Source: Syntrophales bacterium
Lineage (GTDB): Bacteria; Desulfobacterota; Syntrophia; Syntrophales; PHBD01
Direction of reading: 5' to 3'
Length of the DNA: 64,000 nucleotides
Assembly (NCBI GenBank): GCA_963668175.1
Contig: OY764159.1
Coordinates: 544,001-608,000 of the forward strand
The number at the start of each line of letters is the position of its first letter. The stretch's first letter is position 1. Both the position numbers and the translations under genes were made by a program. The notes beneath the pieces were generated by a model. The model was not told the origin of the DNA, did not search any database, and saw only the letters and a list, made by a program, of their open reading frames with translations. This document shows, piece after piece, positions 31,244 to 44,732 of the stretch.

Positions 31244-32593
31244 ATGGGTAAATTGTTCGGTACGGACGGAATAAGAGGCATAGCCAATCAATATCCCATG
31301 ACGGCCGAAATGGCCTTGAATGTAGGGAGGGCCATTGCCCATTTGTTCAAACGGCCCGGGCACACAGCGAAGATCATCATCGGCAAAGACACGCGCCTTT
31401 CAGGGTATATGCTGGAAAATGCCCTTGTTTCCGGTATCTGTTCCATGGGTGCCCATGCCATTCTGGCCGGTGTTTGTCCGACGCCCGGCATTGCTTTCCT
31501 GACCGGCAGCATGCGCGCCGATGCCGGCATTGTGATTTCCGCCTCCCATAACCCCTTTCAAGACAATGGTATCAAGATCTTCTCGGGCGAAGGCGCCAAG
31601 CTCCCCGATGACACGGAGAAATCGCTGGAGGAACTGATTCTGTCGGGGAAGATGGACGATCTGTTTCCTGCGCCGACGGAGCTCGGCAAGGCGTACCGGA
31701 TGGAAGATGCCCGGGGCCGTTACATTGTCTTTCTAAAGCATACTTTTCCCAAGGAATTGACCCTGGAAGGCACGAAAGTCGTCATCGATTGTTCGCAAGG
31801 AGCGACATACCGGGTGGCTCCGGAGACGTTCTCCGAACTGGGTGCCGATGTCAAGTCGATATTCGACGCGCCGACAGGCCGCAACATCAATGTCGATTGC
31901 GGTTCCCAGCATCCCGAAACCCTCGCCCAAGAGGTTGTTAAAAGAAAAGCCGATGTCGGTTTCGCTTTTGACGGCGACGGCGATCGCGTCATCGCCGTCG
32001 ATGAAACGGGGGCCGTCCTGACAGGCGACAGGATCCTTGCCGTCTGTGCCGCCTCTCTTAAAAAAGAGGGCAGACTGACGAACAATCTCGTCATCAGGAC
32101 CGTCATGAGCAATATCGGATTGACACTGGCCCTCCGTTCCCTCGGCATTGAGTCGATTATGACGGACGTCGGGGACCGGTATGTCTTTGAAGCCATGCAG
32201 GAGAGAGGGGCCATCATCGGCGGCGAGGACTCGGGCCACATCATTTTCCTGAATCACCATACGGCGGGGGACGGGATCATCACGGCGTTGCAGATCCTGG
32301 CCACTATGAAGAAGGAGAACAAACCGCTTTCCGAACTCGCCGGCATCATGAAAACATACCCCCAGCGTCTGCTTAATGTAGAGACGAAGTCACGGCCCGA
32401 TTTGGCGACGGTGCCTTCGATTGTCGCCGTCATCAGGGACGTCGAGACCAAGCTCGGTGAGCAAGGGCGGGTCCTTGTCCGGTATTCGGGTACACAAAAT
32501 TTATGCCGGGTTATGGTGGAAGGACCCACCGACGAAGAGACCCGCCACCATTGCCAGACTATTTCCGAGGTTATCAGGCGGGAACTGGCTTGA
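31244..32593 (+). CDS. glmM: Phosphoglucosamine mutase
   Basis: FGTDGIRG, ISASHNP, FDGDGDR, GGEDSGH. Confidence 0.95.
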   Translation: MGKLFGTDGIRGIANQYPMTAEMALNVGRAIAHLFKRPGHTAKIIIGKDTRLSGYMLENALVSGICSMGAHAILAGVCPTPGIAFLTGSMRADAGIVISASHNPFQDNGIKIFSGEGAKLPDDTEKSLEELILSGKMDDLFPAPTELGKAYRMEDARGRYIVFLKHTFPKELTLEGTKVVIDCSQGATYRVAPETFSELGADVKSIFDAPTGRNINVDCGSQHPETLAQEVVKRKADVGFAFDGDGDRVIAVDETGAVLTGDRILAVCAASLKKEGRLTNNLVIRTVMSNIGLTLALRSLGIESIMTDVGDRYVFEAMQERGAIIGGEDSGHIIFLNHHTAGDGIITALQILATMKKENKPLSELAGIMKTYPQRLLNVETKSRPDLATVPSIVAVIRDVETKLGEQGRVLVRYSGTQNLCRVMVEGPTDEETRHHCQTISEVIRRELA

Positions 32594-32743
32594 TGGCGGA
32601 AAGAACAGGACGAAACGCGGTAAGGGCCTCTGTTGAAAGCGGTAACAAGAGACGCCTGGGGATGCCTTATCGCTCATAGGAACAAGCTCTTCAATGAAAG
32701 TCTGCCGGGAAAGGATACCGGCAACTTACCGGAAGTGAATGAT

Positions 32744-33202
32744 ATGGATGATTTAAAAGGGGCGATTCAATCCATGATTGCCGATATCCCGTTCTTCGAT
32801 TGCTTTACGCAGGAGGAAGTCGGGATACTGCTCGATGCCGGGACCTGGGCCAAAGCACCGGCGGGCAACCGTATCATTACCGAAGGCGAGATCGATCTGC
32901 GCATGTTTGTCCTGATCCAGGGGCGCGCTGAAGTCATTTTCAGCGAAAAGATATTGGCGGTGCTGAGCACCGGCGATATTTTCGGAGAATTCGGCCTGAT
33001 GGGCGCCCCCCGCATGGCCCACGTCGAGGCCCAGACGGAGTGTCTCCTTCTGTCGTTCGGTGCGGACCAGCTCAATGCCCTGCCTTTGGAACTTCAGGTG
33101 AAATTGTTACGGAGAATTCTGCTCGTGATTTTTGCCCGGCTTCAGAAGATCAACCAGCGCGACTGGCTTCGCAGACAGCCCCGGAAAGATCCGAGCGCGT
33201 AG
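32744..33202 (+). CDS. Stand-alone cyclic-nucleotide-binding domain protein
   Basis: IITEGE, GDIFGEFGL...PRMAHVEA phosphate-binding cassette; no HTH; start uncertain (ORF open from 32633). Confidence 0.78.
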   Translation: MDDLKGAIQSMIADIPFFDCFTQEEVGILLDAGTWAKAPAGNRIITEGEIDLRMFVLIQGRAEVIFSEKILAVLSTGDIFGEFGLMGAPRMAHVEAQTECLLLSFGADQLNALPLELQVKLLRRILLVIFARLQKINQRDWLRRQPRKDPSA

Positions 33203-33335
33203 TGTTTCAACCCTTCACGGTTTCCAATCCGCTTGTAAACCTTAAAGGCGGTTCTTCAAAACGATGTCGTCGGCATTCGTTTTGATACCCAAAGACGACC
33301 GCAGCATCGGCCGGTCCTTGCCAAGACAGGTATGG

Positions 33336-34747
33336 TTATTCGAGGCAATACTTGCTGATGTTGTCCGGCGGCTGGAGGGGATAATTTCCCGAATAACAGG
33401 CCAGACAGAAGCTGTCGGGCGACATGCCGGTAGCCTTCACCATCCCCTCGATGCTGAGATAGTGGAGGGAATCGAGACCGATAAAGTCGGCAATAGTCTT
33501 CACATCGCCCATCTGGGCGGCGATGAGCTCGCCTTTGGACGAGAAATCGATCCCGTAATGGCAGGGGCTTAAGGTCGGGGGGCAACTGACCGCCATGTGG
33601 ATTTCCTTGACGCCGTTTTCCCGGAGATTCCGCACCCGGTTACGGCTGGTTGTGCCGCGGATGATCGAATCTTCGACGATCAAGACCCGCTTGTTCGCAA
33701 TCAGCGGGCGGACCGGGTTGAGTTTCACCCGTACACCGAAGTCCCTGACCGTCTGTTTGGGCAGGATGAAGGTCCTGCCGACATAATGGTTGCGTATCAT
33801 CCCCATTTCGAAAGGTAAGCGGCTTTCTTCCGCATATCCGAGAGCGGCATAGGTTCCCGAGTCCGGGAAGGGCATGACCAGATCCACTTGCGGGGCGTAC
33901 TCCCTGGCCATCTGGTGACCCAGTCGCTTGCGGCAGAGGTAGACGTTTTCACCGAACACCTGGCTGTCGGGACGGGCGAAATAGATGAGCTCGAAGATGC
34001 AGTGAGCCGGTTTGACGACGGGAAAAGGCATCAGGCTCTTCAGGCCGTCTTCGCCGATAATCACAATCTCCCCGGGTTTCACATCCCGGACGTACTGGGC
34101 GCCGACCAGGTCGAAGGCGCATGTCTCCGATGCGATGACCCAGCCTCCGTTCAGGGAGCCGAGGGCCAGGGGCCTGAAGCCATGGGGGTCGCGAGCGGCG
34201 ATGATCTGGTTTCGTGTCAGCATGACGAGGCTGTAAGCGCCCTGGACGCGTGACAGGGCGTGAATCAAGGCCTCCTCGAAGCCGTTCTTGAGCTCCGGGG
34301 CCATAAGATGGACAATGACTTCCGTATCCATTGTCGACTGGAAGATGGAACCGCGGTCTTCAAGCTCGGCGCGGATGGCCTGGGCGTTGATCAGGTTGCC
34401 GTTGTGGCCGATGGCGTAATGCTCTCCCGCATGATGGAAGAGAAAGGGCTGGGCGTTCGAGAGGACGGAGGACCCGGTTGTAGAGTACCGCACATGGCCT
34501 ATGGCCAGATGCCCCGGGAGTTTCTCCAAACGTTCGTCGTTGAAGACTTCCGCCACAAGTCCCATGCCTTTATGGCCGATAATCTGGCAGCCGTCGGCGG
34601 CTTTGATGCCGGCGCTTTCCTGGCCGCGGTGCTGAAGGGCGAAAAGTCCGAAGAAAGTGATACGTGACGCCTGCTTATGGCCGTATACGGCGAAGATGCC
34701 GCATTCTTCCCTGGGGCCGTCGTGATGGGAAGGATCATTCATGTCGA

Positions 34748-34751
<4 letters not shown>
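33336..34751 (-). CDS. purF: Amidophosphoribosyltransferase (propeptide, Fe-S type)
   Basis: [29 protein letters not shown], Cys ligands HCIFE/PCHYG/CLAC; ATGA overlap with carB. Confidence 0.96.
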
Positions 34752-37975
<3,224 letters not shown>

Positions 37976-37984
37976 TGGTTTTCG

Positions 37985-39514
37985 TTATTCCCACTCAATC
38001 GTACTTGGCGGTTTGGAGCTGATATCGTACACAACGCGGTTGACGCCGCGCACTTCATTAATAATGCGGTTGGAGATGCGGCCGATGAGATCATGGGGCA
38101 GCTTGGCCCAGTCTGCCGTCATCGCATCGTTGCTCGTGACGGCCCGGATCGCCAGAATGTACTCGTAGGTTCGCTGATCGCCCATGATCCCCACGCTTTT
38201 TAAGGGCAAGAGAACGGCAAAAGACTGCCACAGTTTCCTGTAGAGCTTGGCCGCCCTGATTTCTTCCTGAAGGATCACGTCGGCCTTCCGGAGGATCGTG
38301 AGACGCTTTTCCGTAACATCGCCGATGATACGGATGGCAAGCCCCGGACCCGGAAAAGGCTGTCTCCAGGTCATATCGTCCGGAAGCCCCAGTTCCTTTC
38401 CCAGTTTCCGGACCTCGTCCTTGAAAAGGTGTTTCAGGGGCTCTATCAGTTTAAGCTTCATCCGTTTGGGAAGGCCGCCCACGTTATGATGAGACTTGAT
38501 AACGGCGCTGGGGCCACCAAAGGCGGAGCGCGATTCGATGATGTCCGGATAGAGGGTCCCCTGGGCGAGAAAATCCACCCCTTTTATCTTGTGGGCCTCT
38601 TTATCGAAGACCTCAATGAAGGTATGGCCGATAATCTTCCTCTTTTTTTCGGGGTCTTCCACGCTTTTCAGGCGCGTAAGGAAAAGCTTCCCGGCCGGGA
38701 CGAATTTTAAGTTGGTTTTGAAGTGACTCTTAAAAACATTCTTGACCTTTTCGGCTTCGCCTTCCCTCAAGACGCCGTTGTCTACGAAAACGCAGGTCAA
38801 TTGCCTGCCGATGGCCCGATGGAGCAGAATGGCCGCAACGGACGAATCCACGCCCCCGCTGAGCCCTAAAATGACCTGCTTGTCGCCCACCTCCGACCTT
38901 ATCTCCCCGACGGCGTCCTTGATGAAGGATTTCATCGTCCACGTTTTTTTACAATGGCAGATGCGGAAGAGGAAGTTGCCCAGAATTTTTTTACCTTCCC
39001 GGGTGTGGACGACTTCCGGGTGAAACTGGAGCGCGTAAAAGGCTTTTTCGACATGCTCGGCCGCCGCCACTTTGGTGCTCGGCGTAGTGGCCGTGATGGC
39101 AAACCCTTTAGGCAGCTTACCTATACTGTCGCCATGGCTCATCCAGCAGATCGTATCCGTCGGTATGCCGGCAAAGAGGTCGCCCGGACGGATTATATGG
39201 AGTTCAGCGAATCCGTATTCCCTTTTCTGGGCTCCGATGACCTGTCCCCCGAGGGTGTCGACCATGTAATGGAGTCCATAACAGATGCCCAGAACCGGGA
39301 TATGGAGATTGAAGATACCCGGATCGACTTTCGGGCTTCCCTTTTCATAGATGCTGGCAGGACCACCGGACAGAATGATGCCTTCGGGGTTCATGGCCTT
39401 TATCTTATCCAGTCCGATGTCGGGCGGTTCGATCTGGCAATAGACCCGGTGCTCACGAACCCGCCGTGCGATCAACTGGTTATACTGGGAGCCAAAATCA
39501 ATAATCAGGATCAT
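37985..39514 (-). CDS. guaA: GMP synthase (glutamine-hydrolysing)
   Basis: DFGSQY, GICYG, QFHPEV, SGGVDS, KPPSTIEWE. Confidence 0.98.
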   Translation of the reverse strand: MILIIDFGSQYNQLIARRVREHRVYCQIEPPDIGLDKIKAMNPEGIILSGGPASIYEKGSPKVDPGIFNLHIPVLGICYGLHYMVDTLGGQVIGAQKREYGFAELHIIRPGDLFAGIPTDTICWMSHGDSIGKLPKGFAITATTPSTKVAAAEHVEKAFYALQFHPEVVHTREGKKILGNFLFRICHCKKTWTMKSFIKDAVGEIRSEVGDKQVILGLSGGVDSSVAAILLHRAIGRQLTCVFVDNGVLREGEAEKVKNVFKSHFKTNLKFVPAGKLFLTRLKSVEDPEKKRKIIGHTFIEVFDKEAHKIKGVDFLAQGTLYPDIIESRSAFGGPSAVIKSHHNVGGLPKRMKLKLIEPLKHLFKDEVRKLGKELGLPDDMTWRQPFPGPGLAIRIIGDVTEKRLTILRKADVILQEEIRAAKLYRKLWQSFAVLLPLKSVGIMGDQRTYEYILAIRAVTSNDAMTADWAKLPHDLIGRISNRIINEVRGVNRVVYDISSKPPSTIEWE

Positions 39515-39608
39515 GTCATACCCCCGAGGAGATAAATAGGATGCATCGAATCAAAGGTTTTGCGGTTTTCCGCCGACAAGACGTGGATTATCACAACGCC
39601 CGATCATG

Positions 39609-40745
39609 CTATGCGCCTCTGCGTTCCATCAGGTCCATAAACTCGTCGAACAGATAGCTCACATCGTGCGGTCCGGGGGAGGCTTCAGGATGGTATTGGA
39701 CGCTGAAGGCCCGGTCCGCTGCAATGGACATCCCTTCGGATGTATGGTCGTTAAGATTGTCATGGCTTTTCAGGATTGCTTCGGGCAGCGACTCCGGGAC
39801 AACGACGAATCCGTGGTTCTGCGAGGTTATTTCAATACGCCCGGAACGGACGTTCTTTACGGGCTGATTGATGCCGTGATGTCCGAATTTCAGCTTTTCC
39901 GTCCTGCCGCCCAGGGCCTGTCCGAGGATCTGGTGACCGAGACAGATGCCGAAAACGGGAATTTTGCCGAGAACTTCTTTGGCCGTCCTGACAATGTAAG
40001 GCAGGGCAGCGGGATCGCCCGGACCGTTCGAAAGGAGCACTCCGTCCGGTTCGTACGACAGGACTTCGCGTGATTCAGCCGTACAGGGCAGCACGACGAC
40101 GTCGCATCCCCTTTGCTCCAGGTTCCTCAGAATGTTGTACTTCACGCCGCAGTCGATAACAACCACCCTGAAGCGCCGATTGGGAGCGGGGGAAGCCGTT
40201 ATGTCCCGGGGAGCACCGTCCCTCCAGGCATAGGGCTTTTTGCAACTAACTTCCTGCACCAAATCCCGGCCCACGAGCCCCGGATATTGCTGTACCCGCT
40301 CCAGCAGGACTTCATAAGGATCGTCAGCCGTGGTCATAATACCGCGCATGGACCCGAACAACCGCAGGCGCCGGGTCAGGGCCCTCGTGTCCAGGCCCTC
40401 GATGCCCATCTTGTTCCGCTCCTCGAGGAAATCCTTCAGGCTCTGGCGGCTTCGCCAGTTGCTGGGATGCGACTGGTATTCGCGGACGACGAAGCCTTCC
40501 AGATGGATGGCGTCCGATTCCATATCTTCGGGATTGATGCCGTAATTGCCGATCAAAGGGTAGGTCATCGTGACGATCTGTCCCTTGTAGGAGGGATCGG
40601 TCAGGATCTCCTGATAGCCGCTCATGCCGGTATTGAAAACGACTTCGCCGAAGACTTCGCCGCTGCCGGCAAAGGCGTACCCTTTGAACACGCTCCCATC
40701 TTCCAGAATCAATCTGGCCGGTCTTTGATTTTTTTTCAGAGACAA
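39609..40745 (-). CDS. carA: Carbamoyl-phosphate synthase small subunit
   Basis: GEVVFNTGMSGYQE, SNGPGDP, GICLGHQ, QYHPEASPGP; TTG start after GGAG. Confidence 0.97.
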   Translation of the reverse strand: MSLKKNQRPARLILEDGSVFKGYAFAGSGEVFGEVVFNTGMSGYQEILTDPSYKGQIVTMTYPLIGNYGINPEDMESDAIHLEGFVVREYQSHPSNWRSRQSLKDFLEERNKMGIEGLDTRALTRRLRLFGSMRGIMTTADDPYEVLLERVQQYPGLVGRDLVQEVSCKKPYAWRDGAPRDITASPAPNRRFRVVVIDCGVKYNILRNLEQRGCDVVVLPCTAESREVLSYEPDGVLLSNGPGDPAALPYIVRTAKEVLGKIPVFGICLGHQILGQALGGRTEKLKFGHHGINQPVKNVRSGRIEITSQNHGFVVVPESLPEAILKSHDNLNDHTSEGMSIAADRAFSVQYHPEASPGPHDVSYLFDEFMDLMERRGA

Positions 40746-40855
40746 GAGAAACTCCGTTTGACGATGCTTAAAGGCGAGGCGATCATGCGCGTCGAAACCT
40801 GCATGATGCGCCCCGCCACTTCTTAACTCATGATGCCCTGCTTGTCACTCTTTTT

Positions 40856-42187
40856 TTAAAGGATGGGCAGGTATCGCTCAATTTCAAATTGGCTGACATG
40901 GGTTCGGAAGAGATCCCATTCCAGTTTCTTATTCTCAAGGAACTTCTGGAAAATATGTTCGCCCAGGGTTTCCTTGACCAAGCTGCTCTTTTCGCAGAGG
41001 GTGATGGCCTGGTGGAGGCTCCCCGGCAGGGAGATAATCCCGGCCTTGTCGCGGGCTTTCTCGTCCATTTCAAAGATATCCTCTTCCACCGGTTCGGGAA
41101 GCTTGTAGTTCTTCTCCACACCCTTGAGGCCGGCCGCAAGCATGACGGCGAAGGCCAGGTAGGGGTTGCAGGCGGGGTCGGGCGATCGGTATTCGATGCG
41201 GGTGGCCTTTTCCTTGCCGGGTTTATACATGGGAACGCGGATCATGGCGGAACGGTTGCGACGCGCCCACGATACGTAAACGGGGGCTTCATAGCCGGGA
41301 ACCAGGCGTTTGTAGGAATTGACCCATTGATTGCAGACTGCCGTGAATTCCGGGGCATGCGTCATCAGGCCCGCGATATAGCTCTTGGCCATCTTGGAGA
41401 GATGGTACTTGTCCTTCGGGTCGAAGAAGGCATTGCTGCTGCCTTTGAACAGGGACTGGTGGGTGTGCATGCCGCTGCCGTTCTGGCCGAAGATGGGTTT
41501 GGGCATAAAGGTCGCATAGACGCCGTTTTGACGCGCTATCTCTTTTACCGCGGTACGATAGGTCATGACCTTGTCGGCCATGGACATGGCATCGTCGAAG
41601 CGCAGATCGATTTCGTGCTGGCTGGGCGCCACCTCATGGTGGGAGTACTCGACCCGTATACCCATTTCCTGCAGGGCAAAGATGGTCTGACGCCGCAAAT
41701 CCGTGGCGCGGTCCACCGGCAGACCGTCAAAATATCCGCCGCGATCAAGTATTTCCGGGCAGGCGTCGTTGGCGAAATAGAAGAATTCAAGCTCCGGGCC
41801 GACATAGAAGGTGTAACCCTTGTCTCCGACTTTTTTCAGGATTCTTTTCAGAACGTAGCGCGGATCGCCTTCATAGGGAGAACCATCCGGATTGAGAATG
41901 TCGCAGATCATCCTGGCGACCGGGCGGTCCATCGGACGCCAGGGAATAAGCTGGAATGTCGTCGGATCAGGCATGGCGATCATGTCGCTCTCTTCGATGC
42001 GGCAGAATCCCTGGATGGACGATCCGTCGAACCCCATACCTTCCTCGATGCCTTCTTCGAGTTCGGAGGGGGTGATGCTGAAGATTTTCTGCATGCCCAG
42101 AACGTCAGTAAACCAAAACTGAATGAAGCTGACTTTCTGTTCCTTGACGACTTTCAGGACATCTTTTCTCGTTTTTAATGAGTACAT
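40856..42187 (-). CDS. glnA: Glutamine synthetase type I (GSI-alpha-like)
   Basis: FDGSSI, HHEVAPSQHEI, ATFMPKP, NGSGMH, YKRLVPGYEAP, RIEYRSPD; AAGGAG RBS. Confidence 0.97.
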   Translation of the reverse strand: MYSLKTRKDVLKVVKEQKVSFIQFWFTDVLGMQKIFSITPSELEEGIEEGMGFDGSSIQGFCRIEESDMIAMPDPTTFQLIPWRPMDRPVARMICDILNPDGSPYEGDPRYVLKRILKKVGDKGYTFYVGPELEFFYFANDACPEILDRGGYFDGLPVDRATDLRRQTIFALQEMGIRVEYSHHEVAPSQHEIDLRFDDAMSMADKVMTYRTAVKEIARQNGVYATFMPKPIFGQNGSGMHTHQSLFKGSSNAFFDPKDKYHLSKMAKSYIAGLMTHAPEFTAVCNQWVNSYKRLVPGYEAPVYVSWARRNRSAMIRVPMYKPGKEKATRIEYRSPDPACNPYLAFAVMLAAGLKGVEKNYKLPEPVEEDIFEMDEKARDKAGIISLPGSLHQAITLCEKSSLVKETLGEHIFQKFLENKKLEWDLFRTHVSQFEIERYLPIL

Positions 42188-42355
42188 CGTCAACTCCTTT
42201 CTTCTCGCGTTAAGGTTTTCAATGAAGAAATGTTTCCTTGGCAATCAAAAAGGTTGGGCGCGGACCCCGACATAGGGTCCGCTCTTGATGAGCATGTTGG
42301 TTAAACGCGTGTCGATGTCCCGTCCGGAGCTAGGCCCCTGTCGAAACCTATAGCT

Positions 42356-44686
42356 TCATTCCATAGGCTCGTTTTCGTAGAGTTGCCAGATACCGCAGGG
42401 ACATCCTCCTGCGCAGAAACCGCATCCGATGCAGCGGTCCTTATCGACAACGTATTCATAGCCCTCGCCTTCGAGTTGCCGTCGTGAAATGGCTCCCTGC
42501 GGGCAAAGGGTTTCGCAAAGTCCGCAGTCGCGGCAGGCACCGCAGGATGCACATTCTGTAGCACATGCGGCCGGATTGTCAAAGGTTAAAATCCTGGGAT
42601 CGTAATATTCAAGATGAACCCTGGCGGGATCGATAGCCGGAAGCTGATCGTAGGTTTCATAACGGCCCAGGATGAGATCGTGGATGGCGTTTGCCGCGAT
42701 CCTACCTGCGCCGATGGCCTCTGTCAGCAGCCCCAGCCGTACCGTATCGCCGATGGCGAATACCTGGGAATCGCTGCTTCGGTATAATTCATCGACGGTA
42801 ATGAACCCGCGGTCGACTGCTATTTCCTCGGGAAGGAAACCCAGATCGGGGTGGTCACCGATGGCCACGATGACGGTGTCCGCCTGCAGGAATGAGCCGT
42901 CGGTTAATTCGACGCCCTTTTGGGTTATAGCTTTGGTGAAGCGAGGCCATAGAAATTTGGCGCCTGCGGCTTCGGCGTGTTGTCTTTCGACGCCGTAGGA
43001 AGCGGGTTCCTGGATATCGATCAGGGTGATGTTCTCAGCACCAAGCCTGGCGGACTCTGCTGCGGCATCGCAGCCGACGTTTCCGGCGCCGATTATGACC
43101 ACCTGTTTTCCAACTTTGGCTGCATTCGCCTTGCTCTGACGCAGAAAATCAAGCGCCGCGACGGCCCTTTCGTGCCCCGGCATGGTCAGCATGCGCGGCT
43201 TCTGGGCTCCGGAGGCAATGACGACAAAATCGTAAGTATCTTTGAGATGTTGAAAATCCTTTTTCGTCATGGCTTTTTTCAGCATGACGTGACCTATGTT
43301 ATCGCTGACCCTCTTAAGTTCGTGATCCAGGACCTCATCGGGAATACGGCTGCGCGGGATGGTTTCCTTGATTTTCCCGCCCAGGTGCTCCCGTTGTTCG
43401 TAGATGACCGGTTCATGACCGCGCATCCACAACTGCCAGGCTACGGAGAGGCCGGCTGCGCCGCCGCCGATGATGGCGATCTTCTTGCCCGTCGGAGCGG
43501 CCGGTTTCGGAACCTTGGCCTGCAAGCTGGCCTTGCCCAGGAGGGCAACATCGAGGGACGGCAGGTTAACCGTTTGACGCGTACAGTTCTGCATGCAGAG
43601 GTTGGGGCAGAGATAGCCGCAAACCGTTGTCGGAAAAGGCGTATACTGGAGCGCAAGGTCCACCGCTTCCGCGGTCATACCCTTGCGGAGCAATTCCCAG
43701 CGCTTCTGAACGGGAATGCCGGTTGGACAATGGGCCTGACAGGGGGGTAGAAATTTATCGTTTTCCCAGGCCGGTACATAGCGACGCAGATCGCCTGTGG
43801 CGATGACATCGATCACGCTTTGATCGAGATCGGTCAGATCGCCGATGAGCCCTCCCCGTCCCAGATCCTTGTTCCATACGTCCTGGATGAATTTTTTAAC
43901 GGTCCGGGCCTTGCCGCCTCCCTTTTCGTGAGGCTTGCGGGCGACAAAAAGCTGCCAGGCAGCTCGGTTGCCGGTTAATTCGTCATAGAGTTCGGGCCGT
44001 TTCAGGTCTTCCAGGAACTCTTTCAGACCTTTCTGCAGCCACCGCCATTCTTCATCGTCCGGAGTTGTCAGGCGCGCGTCGGCCTCGCTGTATCCCTGCT
44101 GGGGTCCCCGGAAAAAGATCTTTCCCCCGACCATACCGACACAGGGGCGGTAGCTGAGGACATTTTCCCGCACCGTATCGTAGCCGCAGATGACCGCGAT
44201 GCCGCCGGCCATGAACTCGGCGAACGAATCGCCGACGCTTCCCAGTACCCAGAGCTCGGGAGGGGTATACCGGGGATTGTGCTTGGTCATCGTCATGCCC
44301 CGGGCGCCGATGTCTCCGCCGATATAGATTTTCCCCTGGGCCATGGCATTGCCGGCACCGTTCGTGGCCTGGCCGTGCACGACGATATGTGCCCCTGCAT
44401 TAAGCCAGCCGACGTCGTCGGAAACCGGTCCAAGTACATCGATGCGTGTGTTGGGGAAACCCATGGAACCCAATCTTTGTCCGGAACTTCCGGTGACCCG
44501 GATCGTGATGGATTCCGTCCCCGCCTTCCAGAGGCGCCCCCCGATGCCGTGCTGTCCGTGGGCGGCGATTTCTATATCGCGGTGGCCGTTCGCAACGGCC
44601 TGCTGAATTCTCTCTTCCAGAATACGCGAATCGACCCGTAATCCGTTTTCGAGTCCTTCAATAACGATGGTCGGTTTATCAGACAT
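42356..44686 (-). CDS. Glutamate synthase subunit: GXGXG domain fused to GltD-like FAD/NAD(P) oxidoreductase and 2x[4Fe-4S] ferredoxin
   Basis: N-terminal AEFMAGG/CVGMVGG, PCQAHCP, IIGGGAAG, IGAGNVG, C-terminal CRDCGLCETLCP and CIGCGFCAGGCP. Confidence 0.85.
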   Translation of the reverse strand: MSDKPTIVIEGLENGLRVDSRILEERIQQAVANGHRDIEIAAHGQHGIGGRLWKAGTESITIRVTGSSGQRLGSMGFPNTRIDVLGPVSDDVGWLNAGAHIVVHGQATNGAGNAMAQGKIYIGGDIGARGMTMTKHNPRYTPPELWVLGSVGDSFAEFMAGGIAVICGYDTVRENVLSYRPCVGMVGGKIFFRGPQQGYSEADARLTTPDDEEWRWLQKGLKEFLEDLKRPELYDELTGNRAAWQLFVARKPHEKGGGKARTVKKFIQDVWNKDLGRGGLIGDLTDLDQSVIDVIATGDLRRYVPAWENDKFLPPCQAHCPTGIPVQKRWELLRKGMTAEAVDLALQYTPFPTTVCGYLCPNLCMQNCTRQTVNLPSLDVALLGKASLQAKVPKPAAPTGKKIAIIGGGAAGLSVAWQLWMRGHEPVIYEQREHLGGKIKETIPRSRIPDEVLDHELKRVSDNIGHVMLKKAMTKKDFQHLKDTYDFVVIASGAQKPRMLTMPGHERAVAALDFLRQSKANAAKVGKQVVIIGAGNVGCDAAAESARLGAENITLIDIQEPASYGVERQHAEAAGAKFLWPRFTKAITQKGVELTDGSFLQADTVIVAIGDHPDLGFLPEEIAVDRGFITVDELYRSSDSQVFAIGDTVRLGLLTEAIGAGRIAANAIHDLILGRYETYDQLPAIDPARVHLEYYDPRILTFDNPAACATECASCGACRDCGLCETLCPQGAISRRQLEGEGYEYVVDKDRCIGCGFCAGGCPCGIWQLYENEPME

Positions 44687-44732
44687 GACTACTCCTTGAC
44701 GTCGACAAGCGGAAAGTTACCTCCCGCAACGC

